Positions 1-12,720 of a DNA stretch of 64,000 nt are shown here, in pieces. The position numbers were made by a program, and so were the translations under genes. Origin of the DNA: Hydrolagus colliei (taxonomy: Eukaryota); the NCBI GenBank assembly GCA_035084275.1, contig CM068743.1, positions 130,696,001 through 130,760,000 of the forward strand, written 5' to 3'. Positions within the stretch are counted from its first letter, which is position 1, and every line of letters starts with the position of its first letter. The notes beneath the pieces are model-generated. The model did no database searches. It saw only the letters and a list, made by a program, of their open reading frames with translations, and was not told the origin of the DNA.

Positions 1-279
1 GTCACTTCAAGAACTGCTACTTGGGCAACAGACTCTAGTGTTTGGGTGTTTTTTATATAAATAATGAATCATTTATTGGATATGCAGCAACAACAATGTA
101 CATACAGCTACTATTGGGATGAAGTCTTGGTGCTTCACACAACTGGATGCAATTATATGCAGTCTTTTATGAGCAATAGTTAATTAATAGAAGATGACAA
201 GAGTAGTATCTTCAGTTCTTTGTGAAATGCATATACGTGAGCAAATAAGGTGATTTGTACTTTAGGCTGAGGTATCACC

Positions 280-560
280 ATAACAACAAATTGCATTTAT
301 ATAGCATTGGGGGGACATGCCAAGACCCATGACACTTGAAAATTTGCATTAAAAAATTGGATTGAGGGGTGGGGGCAAAGTGGGAAGATGACTGAAGGTG
401 GGTGACAGAGGATGGTCTTGAAACAGACTTTGAAGGAGGTGAGGGAAGGAGCAAGATGAAAGGATTTCCACATGGACTTCCAGAGAGTGGGGGCAGAAAG
501 GCTAACCATCGATGGCAGTGCCTGCTGAGTGGAAGGAGTGGGCAGGTTGGTCGGTCGGTT
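280..560 (-). mobile_element. L2 LINE 3' fragment (degenerate)
   Basis: Reverse-complement L2 tail and G-rich 3' region; similar pieces at ~3395-3680, ~27232-27390, ~29150-29500 and ~61670-62150. Confidence 0.6.
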
Positions 561-2276
561 GGGTACTGGTTTCTCAAGATTTTTTTGAACAAAGCTAACT
601 TGAAAGGCTTTTTTTTATTTACTGCTTTTGGCTGTGAGCATAGCCTTCTGCTAAATTGCTGTTTTGTTTTACCTTTTGCAATTTTTTAAAAAAAATAGAA
701 AGGTAGGGTTATCACAAGACCATTTTCAGTCCATTTGGTTTCATCCTTCCAAGAACTAACCATATCATCTTTCTTTTACAACATTGAGCTATTTCTAAAA
801 GCAGCCTCTGCCACTCTTCTTGGTAACTCCTTCCAGCTGTTAATTATCCTCTGTTAATTACAACTGTTAATTGCATTCAGTGAAAAGGTTTGTTAAAAGG
901 TTACAGCCAGAGAAAAGTAAACAATGCCTCCTACAATAAGATTGCTTTATAGATCATTAATACAGAACCAAAATGGAAAGTAATAATACTTGCATTTGAT
1001 AATGTGCCTTATCACATCTACGATAAGTCTCAAAACAATTCACATAATCTGCTGTAAAGTGAATTGACTGCATATTTTGTGGGTGAATGGTGGCAGCCAA
1101 CTTGTCCTGCCGAGGAATGAAACCTGGGGTCCTCTCGCTTGCTAGACGAGTGTTCTAATCAATACGATATAGGGCTCCAAGGCTCAACAAGTACAGAAAG
1201 TGATGTTTTTGTTTGTACAATTGGTCGATATTTAAAAATAAAACAGATACTGACTGGAAAAAGAATAGGTTAAGGAAAAACAGGAAACAGTTTGGGAAAT
1301 TGTATTGAAGGATCTAATACAATAGTTGAAAAGGGCTTGATGGGCTAGTTGACATAATCCTGTTACTGTTTTTTATCAGAACATCTGAAAGGTTTGGATA
1401 TAATCTGTAAGGGTTGGTAGTCTGGGAAGCAACTAGCTTGATGAGCTGAATGTCCTTTACTTGTGGTGAGCCTTATAGTATTAGCATTTCAAAGTAATGA
1501 TAGCAGAGTCTGTGTAATGCCTTAATTTTTAATTTATTTAAACAACTATAGAGACACATCCTAACAAATGTTTTGTTTTGCAGTTTTTTTTCACAAATAG
1601 AAAACAGGGGGAATCTTTTGAATTTTGAAACATTTCATGGAAATGTTCCAAAATGAACTGAAACATCTTGACCTCTTGTAATACTTCTCTTCAGAGGACA
1701 TCTTGTATGAATTGAATTGTTTTTGTCTCAAAACAAATCTTAATTTATCTTGCATATTTCAGCATCTCTGCTTGATTGAAGTCCAAATTCATCTCCTTTC
1801 TCTGGTCTATCAAGTTCCTTGCCTCCCTCAGTTTTTCCTTCCTGTTATCTTCCCTTGGGAATTAAAAACCCATTCCTGACCTTGATGGTTTCCTGCACAA
1901 TAGCTGAATAAAACAAAATGGCTGATAGCTACATCTAATGGGAATTTTTCTACCTAGTAAATGTTGATTTATTATAGTTTTCAGGTACTATCTTTGTAGT
2001 TTTTGTTTGTTTCACGTCTTTTACATAATTTCCACAACGAATATGGTTGGCAACATTCATTTGATCAATATTTATGCATCTGAAACTGGATTGAGCATAC
2101 ATAGTTGGGGTATGTGTATTTTATTTGCTTATGGAATAATTTGAATTTAATAGAGTTCTGTCATTTGTTTTAAACAGATAAACATATAGCTAGAGCTAAA
2201 TTAAAAACTAAAAGAGGATAATAAGTATTTTAAAAAACATTTTGCACATTACTTTGTATATTTCTGTTCCCTTTAG

Positions 2277-2443
2277 ATGCAAAACAAAACTGTATCCTGA
2301 AACCTTGCCAAAGACCAGTGTGGTGATAGTTTTTCACAATGAAGCATGGAGCACCCTGTTACGCACTGTGCACAGTGTGATCAACAGGTCGCCAAGACAA
2401 CTGCTGGAGGAGATAATTCTGGTGGATGATGCCAGTGAAAGAG
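2277..2443 (+). CDS. GALNT1: GALNT1 internal coding exon (167 bp), start of catalytic GT-A domain; upstream exons lie outside the window
   Basis: ctttag|A acceptor, GAG|gtagga donor; encodes [55 protein letters not shown] (ppGalNAc-T [12 protein letters not shown] motif). Confidence 0.96.
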
Positions 2444-4299
2444 GTAGGATAACATTTGCAAATAGTAAGGGAAGTGGCTGTCAAATATTCCTATAAATAC
2501 CCAGAATAGGAGTTTGGAGAGGAAGTGGATAAACAAGATGTTTCCATAGTAAGTTTCAATTTCTGCAATGACTAGTTGAAACAATAACTGGGGAAAACAA
2601 ATCTTGTTTTGCTGACTGACAAAAGTTCCGTGACTAGATTATCAGGTTGATGAAAGGTATTAGTCAAATGTAGGTATTAAATCTTTTTTTCTTCACAATA
2701 ATTTAGTCTAACTATAATTTAATCAACTGTAAATTAGTTTCATTTGCTTTTAGATGAATGTACAAAGAAGTTATGGAATATTTAATTTACAGAAACATGT
2801 AACCAGATATAAATGCACTGGTCCCCGATGGTAATGCTCTAACAAACTCAAACAGGATAACTCAATTGTACCTTGCTGGTACATGTCCATGAGCTCAGAT
2901 CCCTGCATCAAAAAGGAAGTGTGAAGAAATAGCCAAACTCTAGGAAATCAGTCACCACTGACCTCACTTGTTGTACCCCATGAGCATCTCTGATGTCACT
3001 TTCTATTCTTTGAGAGTTTATACTTACTTCCTTCATGACCTGACGTCAGGTGCTTCCTGCGTGTAGTACAGGACATCAGAAACATCCTTAGTCGTACAAT
3101 GTGCAAGAACTGATGTAAACAACAACCTGACAACACTGAAGTGGCTATTGTTTTAGTGTAGAAAGTCAGCTGGTCAGTACTAGAAATCAGGTGTCCTGCA
3201 CTTTCAGTATAGTGCATGTCCACAATCAACAGTACTTCATGTTACAAGCAAGCAGTCCAATGTTATAGCAGTTTGCATTCTGACAGAGTTTGGTATTGGG
3301 ATGTGTTTACTTATGCCTTCCTTTCTATAAACTCAGAATAGCTCTAGAATATGCAGAAGGACATATGGTCGGTGGTGCAGCAACAACACATTAATAACAA
3401 CAACATCAAAATTACACTTGTATGTAATTGTATGTAATTCATGCTGGAGGACGTTCCAAGGCACTGGACAGTCATTGTTTCAGACCTGAGCTGGGGTTGG
3501 CCAGGGAGGGTGGAGGGTAAGGGGGGGGATTTGGGTGACCGATGGGATTGTCGTAGAGGGGGGTCTTGAGGCAGGACTTGAAGGAGGCCAGGGAGGGGGT
3601 GAGGTGGAGGGACTGGGATGGAGTTCCAGTGGCTGAAGGCTCGCCTGTCTATGGTGGGGCTGGTAGGTTGGGTGACCTGGTTACTGAGTCACAGACAATG
3701 GGGGGGTTTATTGTACTTGGGATGTAAAATAAGTGAAAATATAACTAGATTTAGAAGTTATAGTTGGAGGGAGGGAATCTGTTGTGGATTTTTAAAATTA
3801 CAGTGTATTTTCAGTAGACACAGTAATTGGGAATAGCCTCATTGTAAGAAAACATTCCCAAATAAAATTAATTCAATGCTATTCCAAACTTCTTCCAACA
3901 GACTTTATACTGTTGCTATAGTATTGCATTGTACCATTCCTTCTTTCTAAAGTCATTTTCTCTGACTCTTTTCTCTCTTCAGTCAGCCTGGCTCAGTTGG
4001 ATCAAGCCCCACTTTGGGACTTAGAATCAAGTGACACTCCAATGCAGTTCTGGGTGGGTGTTGCATTGTCAGAGGTGCTGTCCTTCAGATGACAAGTTAC
4101 CAAAGTCCAGTCTGTCTGTTCAGTTGGATGTTAATAATCCCATGGCACCGTTCAAAAAGAGAAGGCAGTTACTCAAGAGCTATGGGGAGACTGCAGGGGA
4201 GTGGGATTGATTTGGCCAGTGTATCCCTCAAATAAAAACTGGTCACTCACTTGTCACTCACTAGTGGAGAATCTATTTCCGCTGGTGATTGGGTTGGTA

Positions 4300-4600
4300 A
4301 CCCGAACACACCAATTTAAAATAGCTGTTCAAAGAAACAGAAGGGAGGTGAGGAGAAACTTTTTCATGCAGTGAGTTGTTCGGATCTAAAATGCATTGCC
4401 TGAAAGGGTGTTGGAAGCCGATTCGATAACAACTTTTAAGAGAGAAGTAGATAATTATTTGGGAAGACACGTTTGCAGGGCTATGGGGAGACAGCGAGGG
4501 AGTGGAATTGATTTGGACAGCTCTTTTTGAAGAGCTGGCATAGAAACGATGGACCAAATGGCCTCCTTCTGTCCTGCATAATTCCAAGATTCTACTCCAT
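4300..4600 (+). mobile_element. CR1 3' end fragment
   Basis: Homologous to 6820-7060 (RVVRIWNALP region plus GGCC stem and ATTCTA tail). Confidence 0.8.
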
Positions 4601-5688
4601 GGTGTTTGTGGGACCTTGCTGTGCACCCATTGGCTGTTGTTTTCCCCACAGATTATGTGCTTTGAGACGTCTTACCTCAATACGGTGGTACAGTCAAATA
4701 CAAGGATACTATATCTTCCTTCTATGAGCTTCAGACACTGCCCGTACAGTGTGGAACTTCATTCCAGAGGCATTGTGACTTGCTCACGTCTCTCCACACC
4801 TTTAAAGCACAATTCTTTTAAGCCACTCTTTTGGGCACCTTTCTTATACTACACCCACTCCTCAGCTGCTGGCCCCCAGCTTGAACTCCCTGGTCATCTG
4901 AATGAAGCGTTTGGAATGTCCTTTCGTGAAACTCACTGCATAAAATTCTGATGCTTTTCTCTCTTTGACTTTCTTCTACCTTTGCATTGCTCGTTCATGG
5001 GTGACTTGTGGGCCCAGTAATCTCATGATCATGACCACAACTGGATTTTCTTTGCTGGTATAAGTCCACTTCTGCATTTGAGCCCGATGCAGATAATAAT
5101 CCTTGCCACTAAGTTCATGTTTGGATAGTTAGAGAAAATGCTGTGTTCTGCTGTAATTTATATTCTGTGGATGCTTCAGCTGTACCTAGGTGATGGCAAT
5201 GACTAGCTTTCAGGATTGTCTACAAAAAGTAGGTCAAGAGGGAAAGATGGGGAACATAAGCTTTGAAGCATAAGATCATGGTGCTTAGTAACTATTAATT
5301 TGGTCTCCTGGAATTTGAAAGGAATTCAAAATCCATTCAACTGCTTTAAAATTATTTGGTGTTTAAGCCTATTTAGACTGGGCTGGCCTTTATACTCAAT
5401 TAGAGGAGAAATAACCTTTTATTAGTTAAGATGTCACGAGTAATGGAACGTTCATTTAACTAAAGAAAAACGGAGTGGCATTATTGATAAATAAGCATTC
5501 CATTTAAGATGAACAATATTGGAATGCCTCAGAAGGGAAATACATTTTAGTGACTAAATATGAAAAATCTGTTAAATTTGAAGATCCCCAAACTAGATCC
5601 CTTACTTAATGGTAAATTGGAGCATCTCGTAGAACAGTGAGGTAGAAAAAATAATTAGGGAAATTCGAGGGATTTAGTTAAATCATAC

Positions 5689-7069
5689 GTCAGTCTAACG
5701 TCGGTAGTGGGCAAACTTCTAGAGTCCATAATCAGGGACAAGGTAGATCTTCACTTAGAAAGATATAGGCTAATAAAGGACAGTCAACATGGATTTGTTA
5801 AAGGCAAATCTTGCCTTACAAATCTGATAGAATTTTTTGATGAGGTAACGGAATGGGTGGATAATGGTAGCGCAGTTGATGTAGTTTACATGGACTTTCA
5901 AAAGGCATTTGACAAAGTGCCACATGAGAGACTTATTAGGAAATTAAAGGCCCATGGCGTAAAAGGGACAGTGGCAGCGTGGATCCACAACTGGCTGCGA
6001 GACAGAAAGCAGAGAGTTGTAGTGAGCAGCTGTTTTTCAGATTGGAGGGAAGTGAGCAGTGGTGTGCCACAGGGATCAGTTTTGGGACCATTGCTGTTTG
6101 TAATCTACATCAATGATCTGGACTTGGGTGTACGGAGTACAGTTTCCAAGTTTGCAGATGACACTAAATTAGGGAGAATAGTAAATAGTGAGGAGGATAG
6201 TAGCCATCTGCAAGAGGATATAGACAAATTGGTAAAGTGGGCAGACACATGGCAGATGAAGTTTAATGCAGAGAAGTGTGAGGTGATGCATTTTGGGAGA
6301 AGAAATAAAGGGAGGCAATATAGGCTAGATAGTACAATTTTAAATGGTGTGAAGGAACAGAGAGACCTGGGGATTTGTGTCAGTGACTCGTTGAAGGTGG
6401 CAGGACAGGTAGACAAGGCTGTTAAGAAGGCATATGGGATACTAGGCTTTATAAATAGGGGTATAGAGTACAAAAGTCAGGAAGTGCTGACTAACCTCTA
6501 TAGGACTTTGGTGAGGCCTCAGCTGGAATACTGTGTTCAATTCTGGTCACCACACTACAGAAAGGATGTGAAGGCATTGGAAAGGGTACAACGAAGATTT
6601 ACTAGGATGGTGCCAGGATTGAGGGACTTCAGCTATGAGGAGAGGCTAGATAGGCTAGGGTTATTCTCTCTGGAGCAGAGAAGATTGAGGGGAGACCTAA
6701 TAGAGGTTTATAAGATCATGAGGGGTTTCGACAGGGCAAATAGAGAAAAACTATTTCCACTCGTGGGTGAATCTGTGACTCGTGGTCACAGATTTAAAAT
6801 AGTTTCAAGGCGAAGTAGAGGGGAGCTGAGGAGAAATGTTTTCACTCAGCGAGTTGTTCGAATCTGGAATGCATTGCCTGAAAAGGTGGTGGAGGCTGAT
6901 TCGATAACAACTTTTAAAAGGGAATTAGATCTTTATTTAGGGAGAACAGGTCTATTAGGCTATGAGGAGCGGGCAGAGCAGTGGGATTGAATCGCTCTTT
7001 TCAAAGAGCCGGCACAGACTAGATGGGCCGAATGGCCTCCTTTTGTGCCGTAAAATTCTATGAATCTAT
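5689..7069 (+). mobile_element. CR1-clade LINE, 5'-truncated, young; open RT C-terminal ORF 5707..6990
   Basis: [30 protein letters not shown] and FADD motifs; short 3'UTR with GGCCGAATGGCC stem and ATTCTATG-type tail. Confidence 0.95.
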
Positions 7070-7393
7070 AGTAGAATTTTGCAAGGAAACTCTATCTTGG
7101 CTCGGACCAATATGAAACAGCTTGAACAGATGTTCCAGGGTTCTAATTGTTTTAATACATTATACTAAGAGTGCTTGTATTTCAGTGTTAGCAGAAAATG
7201 AAATGCTCTACTTGCTGTGCTGGCAACAGACCAATTTTTGCTATTATGTAATATTAGAATTGTTCCTCCACCTCCCAATGGACCAAAGTGATGAAATCAG
7301 TTTTGTGAAAAACTTATTTTTCCAAATTGAGGAAAATTGGCTACATAATATCAGCTGCCATATAAACCACTTCAGATCACCGTGACTGGTCGG

Positions 7394-8541
7394 TACGGTC
7401 CGGCGATATATCGATTAAAAACCCGATATAATTTTCATATCGGTATGCCGATATAGACATTTTTAAAATATCGATATCTCGAAAAAACGATATATCGAGG
7501 TAAAAAATCGGGATGCGAGCACACTGAACTACAAGACCCAGAATGCTCATCTCTATACACAATGCACAGACCGAGGTGCAAAGCCGCCATATTGTATTCA
7601 CAGTCCTCGAATACAATATACAGGTATGCAAGGGCTGGGGGGTGAGAGAGATGGCTGGGGGTGGGGGGGTGAGGGGGAGAGAGACGGCTGGGGGGAGGGG
7701 GAGAGAGACGGCTGGGGGGAGGGGGAGAGATGGCTGGGGGGGGAGGAGAGGGGGAGAGAGACGGCTGGGGGAAGGAGGAGAGAGACGGCTGGGGGGAGGG
7801 GGAGAGAGACGGCTGGGGGGGGAGAGGGGGAGAGAGACGGCTGGGGGGGGAGAGGGGGAGAGAGACGGCTGGGGGGAGGAGGAGAGAGACGGCTGGGGGG
7901 AGGAGGAGAGAGACGGCTGGGGGGAGGAGGAGAGAGACGGCTGGGGGGAGGAGGAGAGAGACGGCTGGGGGGGGGAGAGGGGGAGAGAGACGGCTGGGGG
8001 GAGGAGGAGAGAGACGGCTGGGGGGGGGAGAGGGGGAGAGAGACGGCGGGGGTGGGGGGGAGAAAGAGACGGCTGGGGGGGTGGTGGTGGAGAGAGACGA
8101 CGGGGGTGGGGGGTGCGAGAGAGACGGCTGGGGGGGAGAGAGACGGGTGGGGGTGTGAGAGAGACGGCTGGGGGGGAGGGAGAGAGAGACGGGGGTAGGG
8201 GGTGCGAGAGAGGGGGGGGGGGAGAGAGACGTGAGAGAGGGGTGGATGTGATAATATACAGATAGATAGAGATGGGGGGGATGTGAGAGAGGAGAGAGGG
8301 ATAGAGACACACAGACAGAAAAACACAAGAGATGGAGAGAGTGAGAGACACAGAGAGAGAAATATATTTACCTCCTGAGAAGATAGGCCCTGAATGCACG
8401 CGCACCCGGGATGCGCGCGCACTCCGAATGCACACGCGCATGCGCAGTACGAAAAAACTGAAAATATCGATATTTCGGTATATCTCGATATGAGCCCATC
8501 GATATATCTAATCGGAAAATTTTCCATATCGACGGACCCTA
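7394..8541 (-). mobile_element. Non-autonomous hAT-type DNA transposon (MITE), copy 1, with internal G-rich minisatellite
   Basis: TIRs TACGGTCCGGCGATAT / ATATCGACGGACCCTA; 8-bp TSD CTGGTCGG at 7386-7393 and 8542-8549; many CGATAT subterminal repeats. Confidence 0.9.
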
Positions 8542-9269
8542 CTGGTCGGCAAACTCCAAGATGTCAAACTTAGTCTCTGAGGCTTCCTTTCACCCCATCC
8601 TCACTGCCCTAATGGAACGTTCCATTACTTCCTGATCCCAACTCCAGTTCGGGTGTACATTCTTGACTGTTCAGACTTTGTGTCGTCCTCCTGACTTGAA
8701 AGGAGTTATGCAACTGTAATTTGCTGTTGTGGAGTACTTCCTGAGTTGAGCAGGGGACTTAAAAAAAAATTGTTATTCTACCGGCAGGATGGGACAACGT
8801 TGGTTGGTTTGAGGGTAACAGGGATGTGGTGCTGGATAGTTTATTTTTAATTTAAACATAAAATATAATAATTCATATAAAAGCCTAAACTATGGAATGA
8901 GAAAATTGGCATTCATCCAATCAAGTCATTGGCAAGTCTTCCACTAACTCTTCACTCACTATACCTAATGTGAATGTTTGATAGTCACAAGTGCATGTGG
9001 AATAATTATGCATTGCCAGGACAACCCTCCTGACAACCCTCATCTTGATGAAAACATTTGCCACAAAATAAAATTGTCCTCATGATTTTTTCATCCCTAT
9101 GGATCATGCATCCCCACAAAAACCCCAGCTCCTACTCCCCACTCTTCATTACTCCTACTCAGCCCCTCTCTCCTACTGCTTACCCTGTCTTCTCTCCCTC
9201 CTGGACCTACCCACAGCCTCCCTCTGCTCCAGCCTTGGGCATCCTCCACCGAGCCCACCGCAGATATTT

Positions 9270-10575
9270 CTGATCTGATCACCGCAGACAAGGTAATCTC
9301 AGACCACTTCCTCTTCTCCTCCTCTCACGTCACCAGCCTTCCATTATCTTATTCCACCACCAAAACTGGAGAAGTGACCCAGATCTCCCTCTTCCTCCTC
9401 ATTCTCCTGAACCTCTTCACTACGTTCAATACAGTTGACCACATCATACTCCACTGCCTCTCTTCCCTCTTTCACCTCAATGGGACCACACTCGCATGTT
9501 CGAGCTCTATTCCACAAACTGGCAATAAAATATCTGGGTAAATGGTTTCTGTTCCCACACCCGCCAGGTCACCTGTGGGTACCCTAAAACTCCATCCTTA
9601 GTCCCCTTCTTTTCTTTATCTACATGTTCCCTCTCTGTGATGTCATCTGCAGACATGGCAGCAACTTCCACATCTATGTCGATGACATCCAAATCTACTT
9701 CTCCTCCAGCTACTACTCTCAGTCAGCTGATGTCTTGTCAGCTTGTTTGACAAACATCAAGGCCTGGAATAGTGCAATTCTTCTGCAACAGCATGTCAGC
9801 AAGATAGAAGCCATACTCTTTGGCTGCAGTCAACGCTTCTCTCTTCAACCTCACTGAGTTATCCCTTAGAGTCACCGAACCCTTGCACAACTTAGGTGCC
9901 AAGTTTGATCCACAGCTTTCTTTTTTACCCCACAATCATTCCCTAACCAACAGAGCTTTTTTCACCTACGTCACATTGCCCGACTCTGTCCGTACCTCAC
10001 TACCAACTCAGCTGAAGTTCCTGTCTTCGCCTTCGTCACTTTCCAGCTCGACTATTCCAATGCCATCCTCGTTGGTGTCTCCACTCCAACAACCACAGAA
10101 TTGAACTAATTCAAAACTCACCTCCCTGTTTCTCATCCGCACAGAATTCCATACCCCCATCACACCAATCCTTCCTGGACTCCACTGACTCTCAATTACC
10201 GAACGGATTGATTACAAGATCCTCTCACTTGTTTTCAAATGCCTTCATGTCCTGGCATCTCCCTACCTATTCAATCTGCTTACCCCTTACTCCGCTGCCT
10301 CTGCTTGGCTGGCTCTGGCCTCCTGTTTGCCCCCTTATCATTCCACTTCACCTTCAGTGGTCATGTCTTCAGGCACTATGTCCTGGAACTCTGCCCCTCA
10401 ATCCCTCCGCCTTGTTCGCTCCCTCTACACTTTCAAATCCTGCCTTCCGTTTTTGAACGTGCTTGTGTTCACCTCCCCACCTCGCTCTCCCCCTGGCTCG
10501 GGGTCAGATTCCACCACTGTCAAACGCTTTAGGAGACTCCCCTGTATGAAGGGAAGTATGTAAATACAAGGTTGT
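9270..10575 (+). mobile_element. Degenerate L2 LINE
   Basis: Decayed FHIYVDDIQIY and HNLGAKFDPQLSF segments, pyrimidine-rich, L2-type tail. Confidence 0.8.
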
Positions 10576-10732
10576 TTCATTGTCGTGGTTAAACCACGGT
10601 CCTGTCTGACTATTCAGATGGACATTAAAGATCCCGCGGCACTATTCAAAAGAGAGGAAAGTTGCTTCTGGTGTTCTGACCAACAGTTCCCCAAATAAAA
10701 TTGATTTGTTTCAAGGCTGTTTGTAGTACAGT

Positions 10733-12720
10733 ATAGAATCATAGAATCATAGAATTTTACGGCACAAAAGGAGGCCATTCGGCCCATCTAGTCTGCCGGC
10801 TCTTTGAAAAGAGCGATTCAATCCCACTGCCCTGCCCGCTCCCCATAGCCTAATAGACCCGTTCTCCCTAAATAAAGATCTAATTCCCTTTTAAAAGTTG
10901 TTATCGAATCAGCCTCCACCACCTTTTCAGGCAATGCATTCCAGATTCAAACAACTCGCTGAGTGAAAAAAATTCTCCTCAGCTCCCCTCTACTGCGCCT
11001 TGAAACTATTTTAAATCTGTGACCACGAGTCACAGATTCACCCACGAGTGGAAATAGTTTTTCTCTATTTGCCCTGTCGAAACCCCTCATGATCTTATAA
11101 ACCTCTATTAGGTCTCCCCTCAATCTTCTCTGCTCCAGAGAGAATAACCCTGGCCTATCTAGCCTCTCCTCATAGCTGAAGTCCCTCAATCCTGGCACCA
11201 TCCTAGTAAATCTTCGTTGTACCCTTTCCAATGCCTTCACATCCTTTCTGTAGTGTGGTGACCAGAATTGAAAACAGTATTCCAGCTGAGGCCTCACCAA
11301 AGTCCTATAGAGGTTAGTCAGCACTTCCTGACTTTTGTACTCTATACCCCTATTTATAAAGCCTAGTATCCCATATGCCTTCTTAACAGCCTTGTCTACC
11401 TGTCCTGCCACCTTCAACGAGTCACTAACACAAATCCCCAGGTCTCTCTGTTCCTTTACACCATTTAAAATTGTACTATCTAGCCTATATTGCCTCCCTT
11501 CATTTCTTCTCCCAAAATGCATCACCTCACACTTCTCTGCATTAAACTTCATCTGCCATGTGTGCCCACTTTACCAATTTGTCTATATCCTCTTGCAGAT
11601 GGCTACTATCCTCCTCACTATTTACTATTCTCCCTAACTTAGTGTCATCTGCAAACTTGGAAACTGTACTCCGTACACCCAAGTCCAGATCATTGATGTA
11701 GATTACAAACAGCAATGGTCCCAAAACCGATCCCTGTGGCACACCACTGCTCACTTCCCTCCAATCTGAAAAACAGCCGCTCACTACAACTCTCTGCTTT
11801 CTGTCTCGCAGCCAGTTGTGGATCCACGCTGCCACTGTCCCTTTTACGCCATGGGCCTTTAATTTCCTAATAAGTCTCTCATGTGGCACTTTGTCAAATG
11901 CCTTTTGAAAGTCCATGTAAACTACATCAACTGCGCTACCATTATCCACCCATTCCGTTACCTCATCAAAAAATTCTATCAGATTTGTAAGGCAAGATTT
12001 GCCTTTAACAAATCCATGTTGACTGTCCTTTATTAGCCTATATCTTTCTAAGTGAAGATCTAGATTATGGACTCTAGAAGTTTGCCCACTACCGACGTTA
12101 GACTGACTGGTCTGTAGTTACCAGGCTTGTCCTTCTGCCCCTTTTTATACAAGGGAGTAACATTAGCTATCCTCCAGTCCTCTGGCACGACCCCTGTGTC
12201 CAAGGAAGATTGAAAGATCGTGGCCAGAGTCCCTGCTATTTGCTCCCGTGCCTCACTTAGTAACCTAGGGTGCATCCCATCCGGACCAGGTGACTTATCC
12301 ACCTTGAGCGACGTCAACCTTTTTAGCACTTCCTCTCTGGTTATAATTATTCTATCCATTTCTCCTACCCTCTCCTCTAATACCATGGCATTGGCTGTAT
12401 CCTTTTCTTTTGTGAAGACAGAGGCGAAGTACTCATTCAGTACATCAGCCATGCCCTCTGCCTCCACAATGAGATTTCCTCCTAGGTCCCTAATTGGCCC
12501 CACCCTCTCCTTGACCAACCTTTTACTCTTAATATGTTGGTAAAAAACCTTAGGGTTCCCCTTAATCTTACTCGCTAATTGTTTTTCATGCAGTCTCTTT
12601 GCCCCTCTAACTTCCTTTTTTAGTTCTATCCTACACTTCCTATATTCTGCTTTGTTCCCTTCTGAATTTTGAGCCTGACACTTATCATAAGCCTCTTCTT
12701 TTTGTTTTATTTTGGCCCCG
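10733..12720 (-). mobile_element. CR1-clade LINE, same subfamily as 5689..7069, inverted, 5'-truncated, disrupted
   Basis: Near-identical reverse complement; KSPGPDG and NYRPVSLTS motifs; 10-bp deletion near 12060, 2-bp deletion near 11565, CGA>TGA near 10947; (ATTCTATG)n tail. Confidence 0.95.

Noticed and set aside
5707-6990. Domesticated or host reverse transcriptase gene, or a prokaryote-type retron/DGR system
   Set aside because: 5'-truncated CR1 ORF2 lacking the endonuclease, with a typical CR1 tail and a near-identical disrupted sibling nearby
7377-8527. Long Pro/Ser-rich or Gly/Arg/Glu-rich ORFs (also 22605-23077, 24189-25035, 41658-42590, 43506-44098)
   Set aside because: Open in several frames on both strands because the minisatellites lack stop codons; they lie inside non-coding MITEs
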